DNA from: Paraspadella gotoi | Lineage: Eukaryota; Animalia; Chaetognatha | Assembly: GCA_051294375.1 (NCBI GenBank) | Contig: CM119266.1 | Location: 8,456,606 to 8,520,605, forward strand | Length of the DNA stretch: 64,000 bases | Direction of reading: 5' to 3' | Part shown: one piece after another, positions 24,989-37,608 of the stretch | Layout of the letters: the number at the start of each line of letters is the position of its first letter | How positions within the stretch are numbered: position 1 is the first letter of the stretch | Program-made: the position numbers and the translations under genes | The notes under the pieces: generated by a model | The model's input: only the letters and a program-made list of their open reading frames with translations | Told to the model about the DNA's origin: nothing | Databases searched by the model: none

Positions 24989-27402
24989 AATTTTATTTCA
25001 TTTAATTTATTTATTTATTTAATTTATTTAATTTATTTAATTTATTTAATTTATTTAATTTATTTATTTAAATTCTTAGTCTTACTGTATCTCCTCGTCA
25101 TCGTCGTTGTTGTCGTCCTCTTCTTCCTTTCCTCCTCTCATCCTCTTCCAAATCCTCTTCCTCCCTCTTCTCTCCATCATCGCTCCACCATTCGCCTCCA
25201 AAAACTCCAACGCCGCCTCCACCTCTTCGTCCGACACTTTCGTGGGCTCCTCCCCTCCTTCGCCCGACGCCTTCTCCTCCAACTCGGCCGCCAACTCGGC
25301 CGCCACGAATCTTTCGCGGCGAGAAGCGACCAAGTTATGGATGTCGACGATGAGGGTGCGACGCACCTATAAGAAATAATAATAAGCGATAATCTCATTT
25401 GCATATATTCGTGTTGACTCTAAGTCAACATAAATTTAGAACCTGACTCATTTCATGAACTCAAATCGAAACTTAACTCATGCGATTAATAATAATGATT
25501 TCTGAGGGAGTTTGGGACATTTATCAATATCAATTAATACTTAAATTGGTATTAAATCAAAACAATACTCCTCTTACGCACCTCGACGAGCGACTGCATC
25601 CCCGAGGATTGAAGACTCATAAGAAGACCGCAGTCGGCCAACAGGCGTCGGCACGATCGACCGGCGACGAAAGACGACAATTCCGTCGGTCCCTTTTCTC
25701 CGGCCGACAAAGCGTCGGCTTCTTTGACGAGATAGTCGGCGACGGACGGCTCCAGATTCGTCAGATAAGAGAGAGAATCTTGGATCAAGAGATCGTGAAG
25801 TTTGTCGATCGAATCCATCAGCATCGATCGAATCTTTGATTCGTTTTCCTCCTGATTATTGGCCTGTTTCTTCGCCAGGCTCGAATCGGTCTTCGAAACG
25901 GGCAAGACCTTGACGCGATTCGAGATGGGCGCTAGACTGAAATCGGAGAAGGCGAGCGCTCGTCTCAGTTTGTTCACGCGAAAAAGTTGAGAGGAAAAGT
26001 TTTTGTTTTCGCTGAGAGTCAATTTTTGAAATTCGGAAACAGCGGATTCGGAGATTTCCTGGGGACACAGAAACGTGGTAAAAAATGTATGTTGATTGAA
26101 AATCTGTTTAGTAATTAGTACCTAGTGGTTAAATTGTGATCGCGAGATAAACTAGAAATCTCTCTCTCTCTCTCTTTATTCTTGAGTCTCTCTATTAATT
26201 TTTTTTTTAAATCTTTCTCAATTTTTGTCTAATTAATATTATTTACTAATAAAATATATTTTTTTATCCCTAACCTGAAATTGTTTTCCAAAATCCACCG
26301 AAGCTTTGCTCTCTTGCAGCAAAACGATTCCGGCAAATGGATTTTGATTGAAAATGGATTCGAGTATCGATTGAATTTCGTCCATTTGATCCCAAAATGG
26401 AAGAACGCAAATCGTGTTACGAGTGACGTAAGTCGTCGGGGAAGAAGATTCTAAGAGTTGAAAGATCACGTGTTGCGTACGACCTTGAAAATAAAAAAAA
26501 TTAAGGAAATCTTATGAATCGGATAAATGTTTTGGAAAAAAAACTGAACTTATATTTAGTTCAGGTATTGGCTCCCAGTGAGTAAAGGCAGGCTAAATAG
26601 GCCGCAACATCTTTACTGCATTGCTATTATCGGGCTCATACCAAAAATCATTAGGCAGGGAACGGAAAGGGAAGGGGAAAAAAGGACTATAAATTAACAG
26701 TAAGTTTGGTTGATAATTTGTGAGAGGGTAAACAGTAAACGATATCATTCTAACTAACACTACTCTCAAACGAGGCTCAACAAGAGAACAAAAAATTCTC
26801 CATTTATTCAACAATTATACTAACTTTCTCCCTACTTTGAACTAGTCGGTTAGGTCCTCCGTCACTCATACGTATTTTACAAATGTATAGTTTCTAAATC
26901 AAATCGACCATCCCACCACCCTAAACCACCCCCCTCTCTTCACCCTCACCTCCCACGGTCCACTTTTTCTCCACCACCACCTCCTCGTCAAATTCGAACC
27001 CAAATTCTTTCTCCACCAAATTTCTACTTTTTTTCGGGACGAGAAAAACGACGTTTACGTGGAGGAAAGATTTGCGGCTGTTAAATTTGTAAAAAAAAAT
27101 CATTTAAAACAAATTAACTAAAATAAATAAAAATTGACATTTACGTTTTATTGAGGACGAGGTGTTTGGGCGTGTGGGATGGAGAGTCTCCGAACTCAAG
27201 CAGAGAGTCGAGGCCGTGGGGAGGAGGAACGAGGGCGTTCTGAGAGACGGGAGACATTTAAATGTAAATTAAATTGTATTAAACTAAGTCATTAATACCA
27301 TATTTTCGTTTGAGAAATAATTTTATTTTTGCCTTTTTCTTTCTTCCTCTGTTCTATTCGCTTGTCTCTCTTGTACCTCTTTGTTTTTTTTTCTTTCATT
27401 TT

Positions 27403-27434
<32 letters not shown>

Positions 27435-27762
27435 CCTTTTTTTCCCCTTTATTTTTTTCTTTTTTCCTTTTCTCATCTTTAATTTCTTTTCTTTTCTCTT
27501 TTCTTTTCATTTTTTCCCCATTTTTTTCTTAGTATTTTAAAACCAAAATCCCTAAAAAAAAATTTATTAACAAGAAAACTGACCAAAAATAAAATATTAT
27601 CCTATTTAGTATTTACCGGGTCCATCTTCACAGTGGCAAGTTTGGGACAAAACTTTTTGAGCGAAAGAATTCCACTGTGCGAGATTTTCGGGCAAGCGCG
27701 AAGTTCGACGCGTTGCAGTTGGTCGAAGGACAGGGCCGCGTAGTGGAGACCTGGTAGGTAGG

Positions 27763-27805
<43 letters not shown>

Positions 27806-30800
27806 AAATTCTTGTCATTCTTGTTTTATTCCCTTGCTTATTTCAGCTATATTAACCCCAATTAACCCCCTTTAACCGAAATTAACTGACCAACGTCCGT
27901 CAAGTGATGACAACCGTTGCACTTGAGATTCCTCAGTCCGCTCATGTTCGGCGCCACGAATTTGAAGAGACCGAAGAATGAATCGTTGAGTTGCTCCAAA
28001 CCGGAAAAGTCTAAAGTGGACAGGGCGTGGTCCTGAAAAGGGGAAATAGAATATTAAAATAATAATAATTATAATGATTATAAAGTATGATGTGGAATTT
28101 ACAGGATAAAATCAGGAATATAAAATGCTTGGATTCCATTTCATGCATTTCATAATAATTACTAATAATACTAACTAATAATAATAACCTTAAAATGTTT
28201 TTGAAAATCGTCGGAAACCCAATAGTTTGGGTTGACGAAGAACTGAGGGCGGCCATTTTCTTGGATCTCGAAAGTCGGGATGTCGAGGTAGATTTTCTTC
28301 TCGAGAGATAAGAGTAAATCTGTTGTCAGTCAAAAGGAGAACATTAACTGTGTGATATATTGGGAAAAAGAGAGAGAGATGGGAGAGAGAGAGAGAGATG
28401 GGAGAGAGAGAGAGAGAGAGACTAAATTAACAGTCAAGCAGACAGAAACAGACAAAAAAGATAAAGAGAAAGAGAAACATACAGACAGACAGACAGAAAA
28501 ACGAACAGAAAAACAGACAGCAGTCAGAAACAGATTAAAAAAGAGAAAGAGAAACAGACAGACAGACAGACGAACAGACAGACAGACAGACGAACAGACA
28601 AACAGACAGCCAGTCAGAAACAGATTGAAGAAGATCAAGAGAAAGAGAAACAGACAGATAGACCGACAGACATAGTTAAACTTACGTGTCTGAATGTTGT
28701 CTTCCTCCTTTTCTTCCGCTCCCTTATTCCTCTCTAAAGTATCCTTCCACCAAACAGCGATCAACCCGGGCTTCTGCCGCGTCCTCTCCGCCCTAAACCC
28801 CGCCCCAGTTTTGTCCACCACCACCGTTGTCCCCATGGGCGTCAGCGCCACCTTCCTCATCGTCCCCCGCCCCTCCCTTTTCGCCACGTTCAGTTGCAGG
28901 CTTCCCGTTTTGGCGTAGCCGCCGCCTGTGGCCACCGTGTGGCGGTGCTTCGCGTCTCGGCGTCGGGGACGAGGCGGATCCGCTGCCGGACAGCGACGCC
29001 ATTTTTTGCGTCGCCGATGTAGTTGATCTGCCGTTCAGCGGAGCCGAGGTCGTCTATCGCTCCGTGGCGTCGCCGATGTAGTTGATCTGCTGCTCCGCGG
29101 CGTCGGCGGCCGCGCGAAGCTGGAGATTCGATTTTTGGTCGGTCCTTTCTTACTTTTGCCCTTCTGGGGCTGTGGGAGGAGGAGAGGGGCGTTAGAGGGG
29201 AGAGGGGAGAAGGCGAAGGGGGGATGGGTGAGAGGGCAGAGGAGAGAGGATATCGAGGGGAGGAGAGATGAGAGAGGAAAGAATGCGAAAAAGGAAGGCG
29301 AGTTAGAAAGGCTAAAAAAAAATTATGAAAAAAAATTATTTTCTGAGCTTTACAACTGAAAAAATGATTGTAATCCTCATTTCAACCGAGACTGAACAGT
29401 AGAGCGTTCAAAGATAACAAAATATAAGAAATTTAATTTCATTCATCATTGTTTTAATGTAATAAGGTCTGAAGAATTCGATAATGATAACCATTTTTTG
29501 GTATAGTTTCATCTTCCTTGTCGCCAGTGGCGATTTTTGAAGCATATAAGGTGCTATTAAAATGGCGTAACCATTGTAGAGAAACTAAAATTATTAAAAT
29601 TTTATAAAAGTCATATTTAGCTTATATAATATGAAAATAAAGACCCATAAAAATATTTTGATAAGTTTATTTACAAATTTTATATTTTATTAACAGCTTG
29701 TTAACTATATTTATTAATAATTAGTAGTTAAAAATAGGCTAAAGTAAAAAAATAAATATTTTGAAATTTTAAAACCGGATTTGAATTCCTTGCAAAAAGT
29801 TGATATAAGGAAGTAAAATCCATTTTAACAAATTCTTTCATTAAGTTGGTTAAAAATGTTAAAAACTATGATTTTTGTTTAACTTTATTATTTTTGGCTT
29901 AAAATTATAGTTTTTTAAAATTTTGACTAACTTAATGACATAATTTTTTAATAAAAATTATATTTTCTTATATCAACTTTTTACAAGGAATGCGAATCCG
30001 GGATAATTTTTTTAAAATTAATTTTTTTTAACTTTAGCCTAATTTTTATTCATAATTATTAATAAATATAGCTAACTAACTTTTAATAAAACATAAAATA
30101 TAGAAAAAAACTTACCAAAATATTTTTATAGGTTTTTATTTTTATATTTCAAAAGCTCATGTAATTTTCAAAAAAATTTAATAATTAGATTTATCATAAC
30201 TTATAATGTTTGCCCTATTTTATTAGCATTTTATATACATTAAAAATCGTCATTTCCGACAAGAAAGATGAAATTATAGAAAAAAATGGTCATCACCATC
30301 GAATTCTTCAGACCTTATTACAGTAAAATAATTATGAATGGAATTTAATATCTTATATTTTGTTATATTTGAACGCTCTACTGAACAGTAAGCTTTTATT
30401 TCATGTCTGTTAAGACTGAATTTTGTTAGTAGTAAAGTTGACGGTTCATAATTTATAATTCATATAATTCATAATTTAGCAGTTGCTGACCTAACTCCCG
30501 GGTCAACCGGCGAGACCAAGGTTACCGAAACTATAACCAAATCTTTAACCCGAATCCTTAACCTTAACCCCAATCCCTAATCTCTAACCCAATATTCTAA
30601 CCTAATCCCTAACCCTATTTAAATCTAAAAACTAACTTAATTACGAATTGAAGTTGAAATGGGGCGTTTTTTTGGGGAAAACATGGCGAACGGGAATGCC
30701 TAGTCTCGTGCCCCCCCCCCCGGCTATAACTCACCGATTTCTTTTTAGAAAAAGTTCTGATGGCCTCAGTTCTTTCTTCTTCTTCATCGTCGTCGTCTTC

Positions 30801-30968
30801 GTCGGCATTGGAAAATAATTCGTCGGGCTCCTCTGTTTTCTTTCCTTTCTTTTTCGCCATGGCTGAAAGATAAAAAAAGGAAAAATTATGAATTAGATTA
30901 TAGACAAAGTAATTAAATTTGAATATAATTCTAAACGATATAACTTTTAAATTATTGAAAGGTCGACA

Positions 30969-31053
<85 letters not shown>

Positions 31054-32679
31054 CCTCTCACTCTCTCTCTTCCTCTCTCTCTCTGTATCATGAAACCTTA
31101 AGTTCAAATACGCAATCAGAAAAAAAAATTTTCAAAAGTTTTTTTTTATATCAACTTACCCAATAATTTTTTTTCTGTTTCGTATTGCTTTGTTTCTTTG
31201 TTTTTTTCAATTAAACCCGAAGTAAAAACAATCTTATTGCATCGCTGGAGGAACCTTGATAAGTTACCAAAACAAAGACGAAAACAATCAAAACAGAGAA
31301 AAAAACAACGATCGTTGCAGGAATCGGTTTCCATGGAAACAAAATAACTGGTTTACCGAAAAATCATCGCATGGTAGAAAAAAAAACCGGAAAAAAAAAT
31401 TTCTCATCGGGTTCTAGAGTCGAGCGATGGGATTGACACGCAACGTGCGCCAAATATATTAACACGCAACGTGCACAGATTCCGTGTCGCCAATGTCATT
31501 GGACAATGAATGAACAACGGAAGGACAAAAGGACAAAGAAGGGTTGACGTTGAGACAAAGAAGTGACAAAGACAGAGTGAGAGAAAAATTAGATAAAAAA
31601 AAAAACAGTGGAAAAATATTTTCTGTAAAGGCAACAAGACCATATTACTTTAGCAACTAAACTTACAAAATGAACAATACTAAATAACAACTATTTAACT
31701 AATTGACTCTATTTTTCTTTAACAGTATTACCATAATTTTTTCATCTTCTTTGTATATATATCTTTTATTCTCTGCCCTTTCTCTTTCTCTTTCTCTTTT
31801 CTTTTAATATTAAATTATTTTCTTCTCTTTCTTTTTTAATCTTTCTATTTTTTCTCTACTCCTCTTCTCCACTTCTTTTTCTTTTCTTTCCACATGTCTT
31901 TAACTTATCTATTTCTCCTTTCTACTTCTCTTTTCCCAGATCATCCCAGTCTCTCCCTCCTATTTCCTACTTATCTATTTTTCCTCTCTCCCTCTCTTTT
32001 TCCCAGATCATCCCGGGTCTCTCCTACTTATCTATTTCTCCTCTCTACCTCTTTTTTTCCCAGATTATCCATGGTCTTTCCTACTTATCTATTTCTCCTC
32101 TCTACCTCTTTTTTTCCCAGATCATCCCCGATCTCTCCTACTTATCTATTTCTCCTCTCTACCTCTTTTTTTCCCAGATCATCCATGGTCTTTCATACTT
32201 ATCTATTTCTCCTCTCTACCTTTTTATTTCCCATATCATCCCCGATCTCTCCTACTTATCTATTTCTCCTCTCTACCTCTTTTTTTCCCAGATCATCCCC
32301 GGTCTTTCCTACTTATCTATTTCTCCTCTCTACCTCTCTTTTTTCCCAGATCATCCCCGGTCTCTACCTCGGGAATCTTCGCGACGCCAAGGACGAAGAA
32401 CAACTGATCGAGAATCAAATCACTCACATTCTCTCGATTCACGATTCGGCGAGAGCCATTTATCCCGTGAGATCTTCTGTGAAGTAGAGTCATCTGCGTG
32501 ATGCGTGATGAGATGGGGAATCTAATTCTGGAAATCAGAGACTCAGTCGTCCGTGCGTTGTGAATTGTTTTATGTTTTATAATTAGATTATGTAACAGCA
32601 TCACTCACACTCCCTGGGTGAGATTGATTTTATAAAAAATTTCAAGATTATTATTTAATTGAAAGTTGTCTCTACACTT

Positions 32680-32727
<48 letters not shown>

Positions 32728-33848
32728 ACTCTCTCTCTGTCAAATGTGAGTTTTCCTCACTGTCGATGATCACTGTTGCAAAAAGGATGACTGAAATATC
32801 GTTAGAAGACAAAGTTTAATTATTTTGCAACCACTGCCAATAGAAATGCGCATATCCTCAATTTATTTTTGTTTTAACCCTTTTAATTTCTTTTTCATTC
32901 CATTAAAAATTCTCTCCCCTCTCTCCCGCAGAACAAAAAGTATCTCTGCATTCCGGCGGCCGACACTCCCAGCCAAGATCTGGCGCAACACTTCCCGCAG
33001 TGCATCGACTTTATTCACTCCGGGAGACTCGGAGGTGGCGCCGTCTTGGTTCATTGGTAATTTTAAACTTTAACATAATACAAATACGTAAGGATATATT
33101 TAGTGGAGGTCGATATAAATATGACGAACAAAATGAGATGAATCAATTCATTGAAATGAGTAAAGTGAATGAAATCGAATCGTGTAATTGCACTTATGTG
33201 ACATTCAATTTTATGGGGATAGAGAGAAAAAAAAGAATTGGTTTACTTTTTTTGAAAATAAACAATACTTAATCATTATTCAATAAGGTAAATGGCACTG
33301 ATAGAATATTATATAAAAAATATAAATAAAAAAAAAATAGAAAAAAAGTGAATGCGAGAAAAAAGAAAAGAAAAAATAAGAAAAAAATAAAAAAATAAAA
33401 AAATACAGTAGTAATAATGAGGCATAGGTGAATTATTCAGTTCCCGCTATTTCATAAAAAACATTCAAAGTATATCATTTAAGAATAGAAGGATCATTCA
33501 TATTCAGTAACTACGTGCTGACAATAAACGTCGATAATATGTTTTACAAATTTTAAATGATGAGAAAATAAGTCAATTGAACTCTCCGCTCTGACAACTA
33601 GAGTGTAATGCTTACTTGATGTTCCTTTAATAAAAAAAGAAAACAGAAAACAGCACTTGATTTATGCTTGAAAGAATTAAAATCTTTGGTTACTGAATTA
33701 CTGAGTTAATTTGACTCCTGGTAAGTGAACGCGCTCGTCTGTGGTTAATGATGAATGTTTCCCTCGTAATGAAGTAGAGCGCAACTGAGCTAACGACTAT
33801 GGGCTCATTTGTTGGGAGTGTGCGGAGAGAGAAGAGAGAGACGAGAGA

Positions 33849-33896
<48 letters not shown>

Positions 33897-34011
33897 GGGA
33901 GGAGAGGAAGGAAAGAGAAAAGAAAAGATTAAGCCGGGCTAAGAAAGAGATTTATATTTGTGTTCAAAGACAAATTGAAAAGTTGCAAGGTGGTAGACGT
34001 GACAGAGAATA

Positions 34012-34089
<78 letters not shown>

Positions 34090-34166
34090 AATCCCAGGGA
34101 AGACAGAAGGGACAGTCTAAGAGGAAAGGGGCGTCCAACTATTAATCTCCATTGTTCTTCCTCGCC

Positions 34167-34203
<37 letters not shown>

Positions 34204-37200
34204 ACTTTGCCTAATCCGAATCTCTAAAACCATCTCTAAAACCATCATCTAAAACCACCAACGGCTTCAGCAAATTAGATTCGTTCCTTCATGCGACGAT
34301 AAAAAAAAATCTAAGATCACATATCTTAAAAGTTTCTATAAATCCAGTTAAATCTCGATAAATCCCGATGAAATCTCGATAAAACCGGCACAAATCCGCG
34401 ACTCTTGACTTTTCTCTTTTCTTCTCTCTCTTTTTATTCTTTATTCTTTATTTCTTACTTAGCACTTTTCCATTTTAAGTTTCTCCCTTTATTTTAAATT
34501 TTGTTCAACTACTACGAAAATCCCTTTATTAAATAACTTGCCCCTGACTTTGGACTTTGGACATAGCAGAACTGCGCGAGCTTTCAATAAAGACTTTTCC
34601 ACACCTACGGTCTAGTTTATTAACTGAGATATATATTGATTTTTCAATAAATGACTTCCTTACAAGTTACAAGAATGAAGGTTAATATCTTATTAGAAAA
34701 ACTGAGCAGAAAGTAAATTTTAACTTTGTGTTGTAAATAATATAGATGAAATACTAAATCCTTCATAAAATATAAAAATAGAAAATAGTGAAACAAGTAA
34801 TTTGCAAATTTTCCTAGAATTATAGATGCTCCCTCTATTTCCAGAGGACCACACTAACATTTTTTCTCCAAATTACATTATTAAATATAAAATAACTTAG
34901 TCTAATATAGTAAAATAAGTAATCTTGCAATTGTCCAATCCTTGCTTCTCCTGTTATCTCCTTCTTCCACCCTTCCTTTCATTCCTCCTTCTCTTTCCCC
35001 CCCCCTCATCTACCCCCAACCACCCTTCACCCACCCCCCCATCCACCCCCAACCCTTCGACAGCCTCGCCGGCGCCTCTCGCTCCGTCACCGTCGTCGTC
35101 GCCTACTTGATGACCGTCACGAATCTCAACTGGCGCGACTCTCTTCTCGCCGTTCGAGCGGCTCGTCAAGTGGCCAACCCCAACTTTGGCTTCCAGCGTC
35201 AGTTGCAGGATTTCGACGCTGGAGGGGGACTGAGGAGGGTGAGTCGTGAGATCGGCCAATCGTGTCAGATAATCGACCAAGCAAAAACTATCTATCGAGC
35301 AATCATTAGATTCTTCGATCAATTGAACAATTATTTCGCCTTTGACGCAATCGAGAACACGATTAATCAATCATTTGTTAAGTTAATTTTGTTAATTTTG
35401 TTAATCAAGCATTAGTCGACCAAGCAAATAATCTGGCAAAAGTTCTATCAAGCATCAGTCAACCAAGCAAATAATCTTGCAAAAGAAGTCGCCATCTTAA
35501 CGCGCCGACAACGCCCGTTCACCCTATCATTTCATAAATTATTTCATAAACCAATTAATCCTTCGAAAAAACTATTATTTTTTTTTTATTAAATCATCTA
35601 ATCAAGAAATTATCCAAACAACAAATTAAAAAAAAATCTTAAAAGCATAAGGATCAAGCCATGATGATATTGATTCGGGTGAGCTTCTTTGTGACGTAGT
35701 CGTCGTCGTCGTCGTCGACGGCGTCGTCGTCGTCGTCTCGTCGCCGTCACGCTGTTTTTAATAAAAACTACTACGCTTTTATAGGTTTGGCTGTGACTTA
35801 CCGTTTTTTTTTTAAATAAAAATTATTATGAATTATGATAAAGTTTTACAAAAGTGTGCATTCATAGTAAGTTAAAAATTTAGATATGGATTCTCATCTT
35901 GAAATAGCTTTGATATTTTTTATTACATTTGGATTTAAGTATTTTTTGTTTGAATTTCCACTTCATTATGATTTACTGCAATATGCAAATGAGATTATAG
36001 TACTCATTATCATATCCAAATTAGTATATAGAAATGCTTTAATCTAATTTACATATTGCAGTATATAATATTGAAGATGAAATTCAAAAAATTTTTTTAA
36101 ATCTCTAATAAAAAATGGGAACTCAAAATAACTTTTTAATGAGAAGCTATATCTTAATTTTAATACAAATAAAAATAAAATCTTTTACAAGCTGCGATTG
36201 GAAAAAATTGGAAAAATTTCCAATTGTAAACCATTGTAACATTTTTTGCCTTTCTTTTATTTCTTTTATTCTTTTATTTTAGAAAAAAACGAGTTCAGTT
36301 TCTGCACTGACTGTACAGCGGCCTTCAAGCAGCTGTCCAGCTTTGTCTCTCTTTCTCTCTCTTTCTGTCTCTTTCTCTCTTTACGATCTCTTGCGTGATC
36401 GTTCTTTTTTGAAAAATTATGATTATGTTTTTTTTTCTAAAAACTTTTATTCAGGGCTTTTTTCTCAATACAAAATCCCAAATTTACATCCGAGATTTTC
36501 GTGAATACATTTTAAAAAAAGTAAAGAATAACTTATATTGACATGCATTGCCACATGTAAATCAGCTAATGTGACTTATTATATATGCAGCACTTTCGCT
36601 GAACAATATGCATTACATTAAAAAAATAAATTTGTATTTATTTATTATTGTAACTTTGAACTGGTTGGCCCACTATTGGCAAATTATATCTAAAATAGGA
36701 GTTGATAAGAGAGATATAGTCCAAATTAAACATTACTTTTTTGTTATTCTGATAATTTATACTATTATTAAATTATAAATATTTTTAGTGTATATATTTA
36801 ATCATTTTTATCTTTTTTTTAAATAATAATTATTTGAGTTGTGATAACTATTATAAATTAATTAAATATGCAAATATAAAATTTGACCTCGGTCTGGTTT
36901 CTTCCTAAAAAAGAACAATCAAAAATTTCATTCAAGATTAAATTTTTTTTAAAATGAGGAAAAAAAAATATTTGGAAGTCAAAAATATCATAGTCGTGAA
37001 CAGAGTATTTTCAACTATATATTTTGTTAATAGGGATTATAATTTTTGGATCATTATTATTGAAAAGAGTTTAGCTTTATCAAGTTTTTCTTCTTCTGAA
37101 TAGGGGTAGCCCCTCTCAAACGAAAATTTATGCATTTTTAAGTTTACTTTCAATGTACAAAAAATTTCTTATATGGCTCTATACCCAAATATTTATTTTG

Positions 37201-37359
37201 TAATATTTTTTATAGAAAGGAAAAGAGTTCGTCCCTACTCATATTCGTCGGAAAATGAGTTCAGCTCTGCAGCGGCGGTCCAGCGGCGGTCCAGCGACTG
37301 TCCAGCTTCTCTCTCTCTCTTTCTCTCTCTCTCTTTCTCTCTTCTCTCTCTTTCTCTCT

Positions 37360-37391
<32 letters not shown>

Positions 37392-37559
37392 CTTTCTAAA
37401 AACTTTTATTATCGCCATTTATTCCGCGCTTTTTTCTCAATACAAAATCCAAATTTACATCCGAGATTTTCGTGGATTTTTTCCCTAAAAATTCTGATTA
37501 TTCTTTATATAAACGAGAGAGACCTAATAATGCGTTTCGTTGGCGGGAAAACTGTCCAG

Positions 37560-37608
<49 letters not shown>

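Noticed and set aside
28686-29169. In-frame TGA in Roco exon 2 as evidence of pseudogenisation
   Set aside because: Exon length preserves phase, the RSTTSAT repeat continues in a shifted frame, and the 6-kb exon is intact, so compensating sequencing indels are the simpler explanation.
30535-30615. Telomere or chromosome-fusion relic
   Set aside because: Short, highly degenerate and intronic; more likely part of a small repeat element.
31894-32349. 19-aa repeat protein (PTYLFLLSTSFFPRSS) as the DUSP N-terminus, or the array as CRISPR-like
   Set aside because: This is a head-to-tail intronic minisatellite without unique spacers, in eukaryotic DNA; the true N-terminus is at 11952.
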